From NCBI RefSeq assembly GCF_001194135.2, contig NC_068982.1:175359934-175423933 (forward strand): 64,000 nt of DNA. Reading direction: 5' to 3'. The notes below the pieces were generated by a model. It made no database searches, had not been told where the DNA came from, and saw nothing but the letters and a program-made list of their open reading frames with translations. The DNA is from Octopus bimaculoides. Taxonomy: Eukaryota. The position numbers and the translations under genes were made by a program. How positions within the stretch are numbered: position 1 is the stretch's first letter; each line of letters begins with the position of its first letter. Positions 11,150-25,434 of the stretch are shown here, in pieces.

Positions 11150-13080
11150 TGTTATATATTATGTGATAAAGAAGCAGATAGAGAATGGAAGATACATAAT
11201 AAGGAAATATAATACCTTGAGGCTCTCTGGAAAGTGATATGTCAGATTTACCAAGCTAGGAGAGAAGCAGAGAGTAGGATGTTAGCAGTTGTACAAAGTT
11301 TTCATTCTAATGCTCTCCAGTTAGATGAAAGAAGAGAATAATTTCAGATTGTATTATGAGACAAAGTGTCAGTAAAAATATCAGAATCTTGTTAACAAAA
11401 TCATCTGAAATGAAACAATATATTGGCTGCTCTATCAGTCAGTGATAATGAAGAGAAAGGGATGTGGAAAGTTGCTAAATGAGGAGTACAAAGGGATCAA
11501 AAAATTGATCAAACCGTTTAAAAATTGTATAAATGGGTCAAACAGTTGATCCATCAATAGAGATCAGGTGAGAAAGCCACCAATACAGATTAGGTGAGAA
11601 TGCCAGTGGTAGTGATTGAGAAATATCCTCTTCAGAGACTTGTTGAGTGAAATAATCAGAATTGGTTTATTTGGAGTTACTGAAAGTCATTCACGTTGAT
11701 AATCAAATTAAATGTGGGAAAGTGCAGATTGTTGGTGACTGGTATAACAGCATCATTATCCACTGTTAAAAGAGTAAATGGTATGTACTTACAGAAAATT
11801 ACAAGAATTTCAAGTTTGTATTTTACATAACTGTTATTGTTTAGCTCTAGGTGAATCCTGACTAAGCAGACTTATGAGGAAAGGCATTTCAACCATGACC
11901 ATCCCATTTTTGTTTTGGTTATATAAAACTACGTTATTTACGTCACCTTACCATTTTAAAGAAAGTGGAATGTGATTTGAAGGAAATTTGACTGTTATTT
12001 CCTTTTAAGTCAAGCAGCTACATAGAGGTACCCTCATTGGGTCATGTATGTGTAATTAGTTATTAAAATGATAGTCATAGCTTATGCAATGAAATGAATT
12101 GCATAAAAGCTTGATGTAGTCTGGTTTTGTTATAGGTCATAGAATCATAAATACTTCTGGCAAGACAGCAGTAAAGAATAAATAACTTTATCAGGCATTT
12201 ATTGAAATTACTGTTAAGATAATGTACGAGTAAGTTAAAAATAGAAGGATTGGCAGTGAGCTTGGCAAGGATTATAATATTTGGATTTCCACAAGTGTCT
12301 TATCAACCACTTTCTTTTCATTCTAGTTTCTGAGGTCATTGCAAAGAGTTTGAGACAGTAACTATTGCATACTGATAACTTGTTTTTGTTGAAGAATTGA
12401 GTTAATATCTAAAGTCAAAAGGCTTGAACATAATAGTGGAACAACTAATGTAATATTCAGTTTACATCAGCCAAGAAAGCCCAACAATATCTATGCACTG
12501 GCTATGCAGAAGAGTAAACTTGACACTATATACTGAATGATCTATGCAATCAATAAATATACAAACTGCATCATTGAATGTCTGATAGAGATGGTGGAAG
12601 AGGGACAACAAACAAAGGGGCATAAAATTCACTTGAATAAAAACAGCAAATACAGCCATAAACTGAATATTATGGACTGTTTGGATGGCTTCATTTCTGT
12701 TATCAAAGCAATATAGTTATTGCTAGAGGTAAGGTTAGTGGTAGGATAGTCACTAAAATTCAAAGAGTATAAAAAGAGAATCTGGGCATTTGCTACTTCT
12801 GTTGACGAAAAGTTCTTCCACATGAAAGATAAACTATACAACACATGAGAAAGATATATAATGAAATATGGCAGTGAATGCTGAGAAGTATATGGCATTT
12901 GAACTGGAAATAGTTAAGTTTGATTCATTGGATGGACAGTGATAAATTACAAGAAAGGCTCAGTACAAAGAACTTGAGAAAGCAACAGAGCATCAAAGGC
13001 ATATTACCAATGTATGCAAGAGGAAAAAGAAAAAGTGTCCATGAGACAGCTATAGAATGTTATTTAGAATAGAGGTAGAC
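11150..13080 (+). mobile_element. Long, heavily decayed RTE-clade LINE (linker + RT + C-terminus)
   Basis: Collinear remnants ARREAESRM, SVSDNEEKGMWK..LLNEE, DW.NSIIIHC, a YTDNL (YADD-like) stretch and an FCY-like stretch. Many stops and interruptions. Confidence 0.6.
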
Positions 13081-14112
13081 AGAATCGATAAAAATTTAGA
13101 AAGAATTGGTTATACTGGATATAATAGATATATTGGGCTTGATATATACTATAATATGATCAAGATATATAGAAAAATGCTATACTATAAGCCTGTCAAA
13201 CACAAAAGAAATAAATATATATATATATATATATAGAAAGGATGGTGTATGTGTGGAGTGTATCTTATACTCAATGTGATCTATCAATCCATTATTAGAC
13301 AGTTGTGTCGATCACCTGACTTCTCACAAACAGAGATGATGCCTATCAAATGGTTATCAAACTTTGAGATTAAACTTTACATCAGGCTGCACCCATATGA
13401 AGGGTTGAATTGCAACACAGCCAATTAAAAAGAAAATCTGTTAGTTGCATTCTACTTCTGCTGCTACTACAGTATACATCAGCAATTGGCTCCTATCCCA
13501 TGGTTCCTAATCAAAGTTAGGTGAATTAAACCATTTAAACATAAGACAGTGTTGAGGATAATATGTAGTAAACTGCTGCCATTTTTGTTGGCTATTTGGT
13601 ACATCACAGATTTAGCCATCTGTATGCCCTTTTTCTTTCAGGAAATAAATGAAATACACATATATGTATGCATGTGCACACGCACACACATATTTGTATA
13701 CATATATGTATATAAATGAAGAGAATCTGTACAATTAAAATCCTTTTTAAAGAATTAACAGTTTGTATAATGTGGCAATGCACAACAAATGGAAAAGATT
13801 TCCATCACATAATTCAGAATGAAGGCTCTCAAGAAACATTTGACTGGCAAAGTATTGTTGCAGAAAACAAATAGCCAGGACAGAAAGGCAACATTTGCAT
13901 CAGCAGAAAGTTGTTTGTTTCCAAGTCAGCTATGATTGAACAGACCTATGCTCCCAGTCATTACCATCTTATCTTTATATTTCAGATATGGTTATGTGGA
14001 ATTATATTAGTCAATGTAGGTATGATAAGAGGGAGATGTGGCTGTTGTTATCAGCAGGCAAGCAAACATATAAAGACTGCCTTGTAGTTTCAAGCAACAG
14101 ATAGTTTTGAAT

Positions 14113-14514
14113 GGAACCAGGATATATAGTGGTTGAGAAGCTTACTTTCCAAGCATGTGATCTTGGGCTCAGTGATAGTATGTGGCACCTTGGGCAAGTG
14201 TTTTCTACTATAGCCCCAGGCCAACAAAAGCCTTGTGAGTGAATTTGGCAGGTGGAAACTGAGAAAAAAACCCACCATATGTGTGTGTTTGTGTGTGTAT
14301 GAATTTGTGATGAGCATTGTTATCATACATGTGAGGTTGACAATTTCCTGTCTTCTATGTAAAAGAAGTCTAGCTATGGGAAAATATTATCTTGCTTGGA
14401 AACAGGTGAAGATTGGCAACAAGATAAGGTATTCAGCCCTAGAAAATCTGCCTCAATGAGTTCCATCAGTCCTGTGCAAGCATGGAAAAGTGGATGTTAA
14501 ATGACGGTGATGAT
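14113..14514 (+). mobile_element. Composite SINE: tRNA head + CORE-like body + RTE-type (GAT)n tail
   Basis: Head and body ggcaccttgggcaagtgttttctactatagcc match family B. The 3' end gcaagcatggaaaagtggatgttaaatgacggtgatgat matches the family C tail. Confidence 0.75.
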
Positions 14515-16279
14515 TTTATATATATATATATATATATATATGCTTATATAGCATTATGAATACATACATTCCCTTATACATACATAAGGGAATGTAAGTA
14601 TTCCATTATACATACACACATTTATGTATAAATACAAAAATATACATGGATAGCAAATGTTAACATCTCATTGAAAGTCAATGGAAAAAAAAATACAAGG
14701 ACAGTTACTACAGAATCTAAGATTTACATTAGTTTTGCTAATTTCTTGGTGTCATTCATCAGTTTCCATGTACTTGGAGAACAATGAAACACTGAGAAAA
14801 AGACATATAACTCATTTACTGTAAATATTCATTAGTAAGCATGCAGAAAAAACAAGTTCAACATGTGACTTGGAAATATTATTGTGTCTAAATATATTCA
14901 GAAAGGAAAATTTTGTTCTTGTCATATAATGGTAACTCCTGACTTGGAGAAATTTCTATAATGAAAATGAAAGACCATATACATATGCACACACACACAC
15001 ATACATATATATATATGTATATTTTTAGTTGCTCTTTCAAACAGATCAAGCAACTGCATAGAGATTCCCTCATTAGCATGAAGTGTAAATATATAATACA
15101 CAAAGTATAAATATGTTCTTTGGGTGTTACAGAGGACTAAAAATGATGATGTATCTGGCAGCTTAAAAATGACCCACTGACATCTTAGACTGGGTTATCT
15201 TCACTTGAAGATAACCCAGTCACAAGATATCCACTTAAGATTATAAACAATGAACAAACAATAACAATGAAAGATATTGAAATAATAAAATAAAACAAAC
15301 AAAACTATCCTTCAGAGTATTTAACGTGACAGTTGATTTGTTCTTCTTTGTATGAAGATGTCTTACACAATATTTCGATGTATATTCAATAAAGTAAATT
15401 TAATTTTTTTTTACTTATATATTAAGTCGTGAGGGAGGTTTCATTGTTATAAATTGTACTTCTTATTGCCTAGGTATCCTATTTTTTAAAATTTGTGTTA
15501 GATTTAAACCTCAGTCTGCTCACCGAGACAATTAGTTATAAAGATATAACATGTTATATATTTATAGAAGGATCTGTAAAGTCACAGTTAATCATTTTCT
15601 ATATATATTTTTTTTTGGGGGGGGGGGGCTGTTTTGGGTAAAGAAAAGAAAATCTGAATCCACATTGTCTTCTTTCATAATTCAAATTTGGTTTATTTTT
15701 GTTTCTTAAATAGAGCTGGAATGGTTCTTCAGATATTGTTAATGTAAATTTTTATTTATATGATTAAAAATTTTTTTTTGCTATTTTGGCTATGGAAACA
15801 ATCTAAATTTGAAACGATAATCTTCTGCAGAGGTAGAGTGAAAGAGAGAAAGGGAGAGTGATGCAATTGGTTGTTAAAAGGTTGATCTAACACACAATTT
15901 TTGATGTATAGAGAATGATTGTGTGGTGCTATATTTATGGAAAAAGACAAATATTTTATGGAAGTAAATGCTTTATGCTGTAAATAAGGAGAGTAAGGGA
16001 ATAATCAATCAATAATGAGTGTAAGTTTTGTTAGTTTGGAGTGTTGGACTCAAATCCACTCATGAGAACAACTGGTAAATTCTCCATTGGGATAAGAACA
16101 TGTTTCCCCAAAGCATTACACTGTGTATGCAGGGTAAAAAACTGCAACTTATTTTACCTGCTATGCAGCATACCTTTTGGGGTGCAGATTACACAAACAG
16201 TGTTGTGGTAAAATATCACCCCTCAATTTTTTAATACTGCAGATGACTTTGGTCTGGGTTTCTAGTAGTTACAACAATA

Positions 16280-16561
16280 AGTGTTACAGTTAATTCAATC
16301 AATCCAGCCTGCTCCTGGAATTGATGTGCAAGTGGGTGAGCACTCCACAGATGCATGTACCTTAACATAGTTTTCAGGGAGATTCAGAGTGATACAAGAT
16401 GTGACAAGGTTGGCTCTTTGAAATATAAGTAGAACTCATTTTTGCCAGCTGAGTGGACTGGAGCAATATGAAATAAAGTGTCTTGCTCAAGGATACAATG
16501 CATCGCTGGGAATTGAACTCACAACCTTATGATTGTAAGCCAAATACCCTAGCCACTAAGG
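16280..16561 (-). mobile_element. tRNA-derived CORE-type SINE (family D)
   Basis: Minus strand: cttagtggctagggtatttggcttacaatcataaggttgtgagttcaattcccagcg (A/B boxes), followed by gtatccttgagcaagacactttatttc. Confidence 0.8.
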
Positions 16562-16854
16562 TATGTGCCTTCACTATACTGCAGTTACCTCTTATCATAT
16601 CCACCAATACTCCAGATTAACTGCTATATTAATAGTAGTAAGGCTGATGATATTGTATGTATTTTTATAAGTAATGTACCGCAGAATAAGCAGAGTGCAA
16701 AACAAAATACCTTGCGACATTTAGTTATATCCATTTCAAATTTTGCCAGAATCTATTTTGCATGTCATCTTTCAAGGTTTGACACTCTATCTGTCAAGTA
16801 CTGGAATTTTAAATTTGTCTATTTTTGACCTTGTGACATTGTTAGAAATCATTT

Positions 16855-17275
16855 TTATGGCAGTGGAATGGCAGTACTGTTAGGGCATTTTCACAAAATG
16901 CTTTGTAGTATTTCTTCCAGCTTTTTACGTTTCAAGTTCATTTCCCACCAAGGTCAACTTTACCTTTCATTCATCTGGAGTTGGTAAAATAGAGAACCAC
17001 TCAAGTACTGGGGCCAATAATATCGACTTGACTCCTCCCATTAAAATTGTGGTCTTGCACTAAATTAGAATCCATTATTTAGAGTGTTGAATTGGTAGAT
17101 TAGAGCATTGGAATAAAATGGCTCTATGTTCTGAGTTCAAATCCCACTGAGGCCAACTTGCTTCTCATCCTTTCAAGAGTGATAAAATAAAGTACCAGTC
17201 AACTACTGGGGTCAATGGTATTCACTAACCCCTTCCCTCAAATTTGCTGGCCGTGTGCCTAAATCAGAAACTGTT
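16855..17275 (+). mobile_element. Two head-to-tail SINE family A copies
   Basis: Repeated gttcaa.tccc.c..aggtcaactt..c.tt.cat.c.t..g.gt.g.taaaata.agta.ca.tcaa.tactgggg motifs at ~16930 and ~17130. Confidence 0.75.
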
Positions 17276-19510
17276 GTTATTGTTGCTGCTGTCATTAATT
17301 CTTTCTTTCAACTGTAGCCAAGCAGCATGGAATAAGAACTTATTCTTTTGCAGCTGGAAATGGAGGAAGACAGCAACTATTACACACAACTTGTGCAAAA
17401 CTAAATGAATATTTTTGAAACAACTACAGAGTCTCAACAGGACTATTGCTTTGTACTTCAGTAATCAGTAAAAAGCAAGAAAATAGAGTACATGATGAGA
17501 AAGAAATTTGCTGTACTCTAGATATGATGGACTTTACTCTTAAGGGATAACAATAGAATATCTGGCACTCAGTTTCTGTAGATATAGTGATGGCAGATAA
17601 AATTATATGTCACATACAGAGATATAATGAAACATAACTGAAATGAATTCAAGATCTATGAGCTTATTGGTAATTTATTACTTTTGCACATATGTGGGAC
17701 TGAAAATTTCCTGTAGTTCTTAATGGGCAATTGGGAAAATTATTGATCAGTTTATCGTTAATGCAGATCATCAAAGAAAAATAAGTCTAAGAGAGCTTAA
17801 CCCACTTCAGGCTATTGACTACAAATGGAAGTTGCAAATACAGAACATTAATTGAAATGAAAATGAACTAATTCAGGAATTGCTCCCATGTTGCAACCTT
17901 CATTTCCTGTGGAGCCTGTCATCATTGAATGGTACTGTATAAAAATATTTAAACATTTTGTATTCAAAATTAAAATTTAAATGCATAATGGTTTCCCTCA
18001 GTATGTGGGAAGATAAATTGTAGATACCAAATGCCCAGTAAAAATAAAAATATAGATTTGAATTTAGATCTACTTTGAGGATTAAACTAGAGACTAAATC
18101 AATAACACATTTTTATGTAAAATGTAAATGCAGACAAAGAGAATTCTGAAAGTAAATATCATTACCCATAGCTGGGTTTGTTTAACCAAATAGTTATTGT
18201 TTTTTTTTTCTGTAATGTATAATTATATTGGTTGAACTATGGAATAAGTTGTAAAATTCTGTGATATTTATGTCTTCACAAAAGTAGATGCAATATAATT
18301 AAAATGAAAATGACAATAGCCACAAATTGATACTGAATTGAGGAATTGAATTGGCAGAGCTTGAGCTTATCTCTATAGTACTCAACTAAATGCTTCATTT
18401 GAGAGAACACAAAACCAATATCTGCAACAAAAAAGATCAGGTTGATTGAATTGGTTACAATGTATTATTAGTACTTATTGTATTGACACCAGAAAGCAAA
18501 CTTTTTTTCTCAGCAAGATATGAACTAGAAACACTGAGGGATCAAGCCCAATTATGCACATGACAGCAACAAGACTAGAGATGGGAGGCAAAGCTGATAA
18601 TTTTGTGACTCAAACCTAGAACAAACATGGTCTAAATATTATGGGGGATTTAGTCAGAGGTATACAACTTTTACAAATGAAATATACTCAGATGCCGATA
18701 TGTACTGAAATATTTCAAAGCTTTTTCTTCTTATTTATAACCTCTTTGAATTCGATTTGAAGAATAGTTTCAATTGAAAAATCAAGTTTTTCTAGGAATA
18801 TTAAGAACTATGGGTAGGTGTGATGTATGACATGATTGTTGTATTTCAGTTTTTGCACCAGTGAAAAAAAATGATTTTAATACCACACGAACGAAAAATG
18901 CAGCTTAATATTTAGAATGACAAAAGAAAAAAATCTTTATTAGTTATGCATGATTTATAATCTACTGTATATACACTAATTTCTTACATACTTTGTATCA
19001 GATTTAGAGTTGAGAAAGAAATGAGATTTTGTGACAATCATGACTTTTCAAAAATATTAACTACATAAGTCAAGCAGACTAAAGTAAATTGAAGTGGGAT
19101 GGCTATCATAAGAAACAAAAATTGATTTACAGGCTGGCATCTTCACTATCACCACATGTATGTTCTTGCTCTACATTTTGTTGAATTCAAAGGAAAGTTG
19201 TCAATGGCAATATTTAAAAACCACAACAGTAAGGAATGTAATCCTAACTCTCAACATATCTTCACTATTTCCTGTCCCCAACCATGAAGTAACAATTATA
19301 AAAATGATGAAGAAGAGAAACACCGCAAATTATATGGAAGAGATAATGTTTATTGGAGTGTCCTCATTGCATGGAAGATGTTCATTTTACTGACCCCAGA
19401 AGGATTAAATGTATTGTTGACTCCTGACAGAAAGGCAGCAAAACAATATTAGGTATTTAATGTGATGCTGCCCTCACACTACCACTAACAATAACAACGA
19501 TAACAATAAT

Positions 19511-19968
19511 AATAATCTTATCTACTATAGGCACAAGATCTGAAATTTAGAGGAGGAGGATAGTCAATTACATTAACCCCAATACTCAACTGGTACTTAT
19601 TTTATCAACCCTGAAAGGATGAAAGGCAAAGTCGACCTAGGCAGAATTTGAACTCAGAATGTGAAGATGGACAAAATACCACCAAGCATTTTGCCCAATG
19701 TGCTAACGATACTTCCAGCTTGCTATCTTAGTAATAACACTAATAATAATAGTCCTTTCTACTATAGGCACAAGGCCTGAAATTTGTGGGGAGGAGGTTA
19801 GTCGATCACATCAACCCCAGGACTTGACTGGCACTTATTTTATTGACCTCAAAAGGATGAAAGGCAAAGTCGACATCGGCAAAATTTGAACTCAAAACAT
19901 GAAAACAAACGAAATACTGCCAAGCATTTTGCCTGATGTGCTAATGATTCTGCCAGCTCACTCACCTT
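19511..19968 (-). mobile_element. Two tandem SINE family A copies separated and bounded by (AAT)n
   Basis: aaaggatgaaaggcaaagtcgac...gaatttgaactca occurs twice. An (AAT)n run lies at 19971-20001. Confidence 0.9.
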
Positions 19969-19969
19969 A

Positions 19970-20003
<34 letters not shown>

Positions 20004-20089
20004 TACAAATCAAAGGAAGAAGAGAACACAAGCTGGATATTCAAATCAGTTAGAAAAAACTATGTATTGTAATTGAGGTAGTAGTTCCA

Positions 20090-20349
20090 TTAGACATCAG
20101 AGTAAAATGAAAGGAGAAGGAAAAGGATAGTATTCTATAGACTTGAATGATGACATCCTGAAGTGCTGTAACAGAGAAGTTAACAAGGTCATGATCCTGC
20201 CAATTATATTTTGGACTTTGAGAATAGTGACTATGAATTTCAGAGTAAACCTTGGAAAACATGTTCTTAGTCTGGGAGTGGATGCAATGCAGAAAATATG
20301 TCTAATAAGTTCTGCAAGAATTATCTGGAAAGTCTTCAATACAACCTAA
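20090..20349 (+). mobile_element. RLE LINE C-terminal fragment, decayed
   Basis: KVMILPIIFWTLRIVTMNFRVNLGKHVLSLGVDAMQKICLISSARIIWKVF resembles the IPIVIGALG...QKxxLLGSARILRKVL terminus. Confidence 0.6.
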
Positions 20350-22345
20350 GAACAGGTATGAAGAGCAGAAAAAACTTTTATGTAGTAGATACAAAATACT
20401 CTTAGACTGCAAGGTGTGACTTGAGAGAAAGCATAATTAAATTGAACACAACACCAAGACGGAGAAGCTACAGAATAATAATAATAAACTTTTCTCTATT
20501 ATTGTCTCAAAAGTAACGAGATATGGACATCATAGGGAATAGGAACAGTTTGTAAAACATGGAAATTTACATGGAAATCAAATAAAATGAAGAACATACA
20601 CACACAGAAACTAGCAGGGCGGATGATCACCAACTAGAACCAATAAAAAAACCAGAAGCCTGCAGCCTCACCTTTATCTTTACTATCAAATGTAAGTTCT
20701 GTCACCCACCTGTATTCTTCAGCTTACAGCTGCTAGCTGAAAGTGAGCCCATTCCCTCAAGCCATGCTTATCATTCCCACCTACCTTTCAACACAGTTTC
20801 TTATGTATGTCCAGTCATTTCAGATTTATAGAGGCAAGAAAATTTGATTGCATGACATCCATGCATTTCTCCAAAGACATGAACTTCTAATATAATTAAA
20901 CTGAAGGGAGATGAAATGTTATGAAATGCCTACAATTGAGAATTGAATTTCTGTTTGAAGATGTGATTTATTTAGAGTTTAGACTGACACTCCACAAAGC
21001 TAAATGGCCATGGCCAAGAATTGGGCTGGTGTTTGCTGATTGAAATCCAAGTATTTCTACACAAAGGCACTGACCACAGATTTACCATGCATTAAAATTT
21101 GAGTAATAATTAATGGAAATATTTCATTTCAGTAAAGTTGGTTTAAAAGATAAGAAGAAGAGTAAGATTCTTTTAAAGAATTTAGTGAAATGATAATGGT
21201 TTACAATAAAGACATATGCTACTATAATGCATTATAAGAAGATAAAGATTTTTACTAGTGTCTGATGGTTTGTTGAATAATTCTTCTCTAACATGTTCTT
21301 GTCACAGACACACAAAGGGATATACATTCATAAAAACATGAAACTTCTATCCATCTCTCTTTCTCTCTCTTTATCTATCTATCTATCCACTCATATATGT
21401 ATACATATTAGTTATATGAGGATACATACATGCACATAAAGTACAGATCCAATTAACATATATCACATACAGACTCAGTGATACACATAGAAAACATGCA
21501 CATAAGCACAGCTGAAAATACTTAAACAGGCACATATGAATGAAACGGAACCAACGAATAGATAGATACACATATTCATAAACATAAGAAAGCATATATG
21601 CACACATGCGCCTCTTTACCCATACATCATAAGATGTACTCACAAGATTACAAGGGAATATTTTTGAGAATTTTAGGTTATTTGAATTTCATATAAATCT
21701 TGATAAAAATGCTTTAGATGAAACTTTCTGTACCTTCTTCATTCCTTCTCCCTACCATAATATTTACTTTCAAATTAGGGGCAGTTTCATGAAGATCAAC
21801 TCTACAGTATTATATCATCTCTTTCACCATCATCATTATCATCATCATCAATTGAGCAATTAATAAAATCACCACCACTACTGTTGAGGTTGTCACAATC
21901 ACCAGTATTGTTATTTTTATTATCTTCCTCATCACGCATTTATATAATCATCATACCCATCGTTGTCATTGCCATTATCATAATTAACCTCTCAACTGCC
22001 ATTGTCATCAAGACCCTACTATGGCTGTTGTCATCATCAGGACCTTTGCCATTACTGCTAATGATGAGCATTCCCCTTCATAAGGCCATCCTAAATATCT
22101 TCATCTTCACTGGGTATGTCTTTTCATAAAACCAGTATTTTAATCAGTAGCATCACTTTCATTGTCTGCAACCCTATTGGTTGTATCCTTGTACATATCT
22201 GCAGTCATTTTCCATCTTACCCTCAAAATTGGTCAACATTGTCATCATCAACGAGACCACACTTTTCTTATCATGATTACACCATAATCATCACCATCCA
22301 CATCAGCAAAAAAGAATATCATTTTTATGTCAATCAGCCATATTC

Positions 22346-22450
22346 ATCATCATCATCATCATCATCATCGTTTAACATCCGCTTTCCATGCTAGCATGGG
22401 TTGGACGACTTGACTGAGGACTGGTGAAACCGGATGGCAACACCAGGCTA
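22346..22450 (-). mobile_element. RTE-tail SINE family C, 3' fragment
   Basis: (CAT)n followed by cgtttaacatccgctttccatgctagcatgggttggacga. Confidence 0.85.
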
Positions 22451-22657
22451 AAATAACCAGCATTAATATCAACATCATTATCGTTACATTTATGCCTTCT
22501 TCATCAGCGCTTTAATACACACATGCATTCATTCATGTATGTATACATATGCACACGTACCTACTCATTTTACACACACACACACACATATATATAAAAT
22601 GTGCAAATGTGCCTTGCTTCTTTTGAATCCTATAACTAAGTCATATATATGTGTGTG

Positions 22658-22689
<32 letters not shown>

Positions 22690-22742
22690 ACTCTTATGGA
22701 CGGATACTGGGAAGTCTCTCTCTCCACACACACGATGCCTGA

Positions 22743-22775
<33 letters not shown>

Positions 22776-22777
<2 letters not shown>

Positions 22778-22899
22778 TCATCATCATCATCGTTTAACGC
22801 CCGCTTTCCATGCTAGCATGGGTTGGACGATTTGACTGAGGACTGGTGAACCAGGTGGCTACACCAGGCTCCAATCTGATTTGGCAGAGTTTCTACAGC
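22776..22899 (-). mobile_element. RTE-tail SINE family C, 3' fragment (young)
   Basis: Nearly identical to 50639-50762. Confidence 0.85.
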
Positions 22900-24025
22900 T
22901 ATATATATGTATACACACACACACACACACACACACACATCAGACATGTTTTTATGTTTTTCTGCAATTATACACTTTTCTAATCAATTATGTCTTTTCT
23001 TTGTCATACATTCTCACATTTGTTTCAAGAAGTTTGGTTGCTATATCTAGTAGGTTGTGCATCAACGTAGAGATTGGTTGTTTTACCTCATCAAGCAAAC
23101 CTATAATCAAAGGCATTCCAGATGTGACCAGCCCATCTTTTAGTATGCACACACACACACACACAAGTTACATTATTCTCTTGTCATTTCATTTTTTTTA
23201 TAAGATAGTAATATGTTTTAATATTTCTGTTCATTGTTTATTCATATGATGTGTATATTTGTTCGTGTGTGAACATGGTTCTGTATGCATATGTTTAAAT
23301 GTGCATTTTTCTTTAGTTATCTGATGTGTGTGTGTGGGGGGGGGGGGGTAGTAGTATATTTTTTATTCTCTTCTTTTAATACTAACTACGAAAACAGGTT
23401 AATAACAAGCTGACATCAGCTCTCTAATGCTTGTAGACCTGTTATTAGGCTAGTAATCCACATACCCTCCTGTCAGTATGTCTATTCTGTATTTTTTCAT
23501 ATATACACATATATATATATATCTTTTAGATTTGTTTATGGGAAATGTTTTGAACCTGCAATAGCTCCTATTCCATTATGTCAGTCACTTTCTAATGATG
23601 CTGACTGGTGAGCCAGTTTTTCGAGGTTGCATCGAGCTGTACTGATATAATGTGGGATAAATATAATAACAATAATCCTTGGATGGAATTTCTAAGCATT
23701 TAATGCATCACTATACACATTTCCATAAATTACATGTCTCTTAAGATCTTAACCCTATTGCTGGGATGATTACAGAGCAATCCATTCCATCCTTGGGCAT
23801 CAGGTTGATCATCTTTATGGATTCATTTCTTCAGGTGATATAACATTAATGTATGTACAACAGAGGCATGTTTATCCATTTTTACCAGTCTGAAGGTTAA
23901 GCATGCAACCCTAAAAAACTGGTTCACCAGTTAGCATCATTAAACTGTGGCTGGCATAATAGAATAGGAGCATTATTTGTATATTCAAAATGTTTCTCAT
24001 AAACAAATTTAAAAGATATATATTA

Positions 24026-24396
24026 GGCTCAGGTTTGGCTGTGTAGTAAGAAGCTTGCTTCCTAACCACATGGTTCCGGTTTCAATACCACTGCATGGTA
24101 CCTTGGGCAAGTGTCTTCTACTATAGCCATGGGCTAACCAAAGCCTTGTGAGTGGATTTGGTAGACAGAAACTGAAAGAAGCCTGTTGCATATATATATG
24201 TATGTATATGTTTGTCCCCCCACCATTGCTTGACAACTGATGTTGGTGTGTTTATATTCCTGTAACTTAGCAGTTCAACAAAATAGACTGATAGAATAAG
24301 TACTAGGCTTACAAAGAATAAGTCCTGGGCTTGATTTCTTTGACTAAAGGCAGTGCTACAGCATGGCCACAGTCAAATGACTGAGATGAGTAAAAG
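24026..24396 (+). mobile_element. Full-length tRNA/CORE-type SINE family B
   Basis: tRNA-like head gtagtaagaagcttgcttcctaaccacatggttccggtttcaatacc, CORE-like ccttgggcaagtgtcttctactatagcc, internal microsatellite, and tail shared with 1-320. Confidence 0.9.
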
Positions 24397-25388
24397 TATA
24401 TGTNNNNNNNNNNTATATATATATATATATATATATGCTTGTATTTATGTCAAGTTAAAATTAAAACAATTTAACATTCACCTGAAGAAGCACACAATAT
24501 TATTTTGTGGAGCACATACATATTTATTGTACTTTTACAAGATGCATGGCAGGGATTTCAGAGTTTCAGCATCCTGAAGACTAGTAAGCTGAAACTTCGA
24601 AGTCACTGTAACTCCATTTCTTGTAAAAATATAATGTATGTGTCTGCATGTAGGTGTGTATGTATGTGTGCGTGTGTGTGTGTGAATCTTTATGGGTTCA
24701 TTTCTTCAGGTGATATAACATCAATGGATGTACAACAGAGATGTTTATCCATTTTTATCAGTCTGAAGGTTAAACATGCAACCTTGTGTGTATGTGTGTT
24801 CATGTTCTCTTGCAAGTTTCTGTAATTATATCATTTTTCTAACTGGCATCATATCCCATCAAACATTTGCTTTGAGGAAGTTTCTGCTATGATTTCTAGC
24901 AGGTTGAGAAACTACATAGAGGCTCCTTTGTTTGATTGTTTTTAAGCCACAGGTCTTTTCTGATCAAGCAGAACACCACTCATTACCCTGTCACTCTTCT
25001 ACACTTCCACCTTGTATTTTTACTGCACCTGCCTCTCAGTTGCCATGTTTGGAGATGAAAATGTAAGTGCAAATGCAAATAAAGTATATTTATATACATG
25101 GACGATTATATAAAGACCTTTACTAAAATCATGTATTGGTGTTCAATGTACATTATATTTTACCTGTTATAGTAAGATGTAATGGACATCATATCATCTA
25201 AAACAGTGTTTACATTAAGTCTGTCTACTTTGATTGAAGATTCTACTATGTAAATTCTGAAATGTAATGAAAATAAGGCTGCATTGTATGTAACGAAAAG
25301 AAGGAAATTAATGTGTGTTTCATAATAAAAGCATTATAGTACTGTTTCACTTTCAGAAAATTTGAAATGCTGTTTCTCTCTCTCTTTC

Positions 25389-25434
<46 letters not shown>

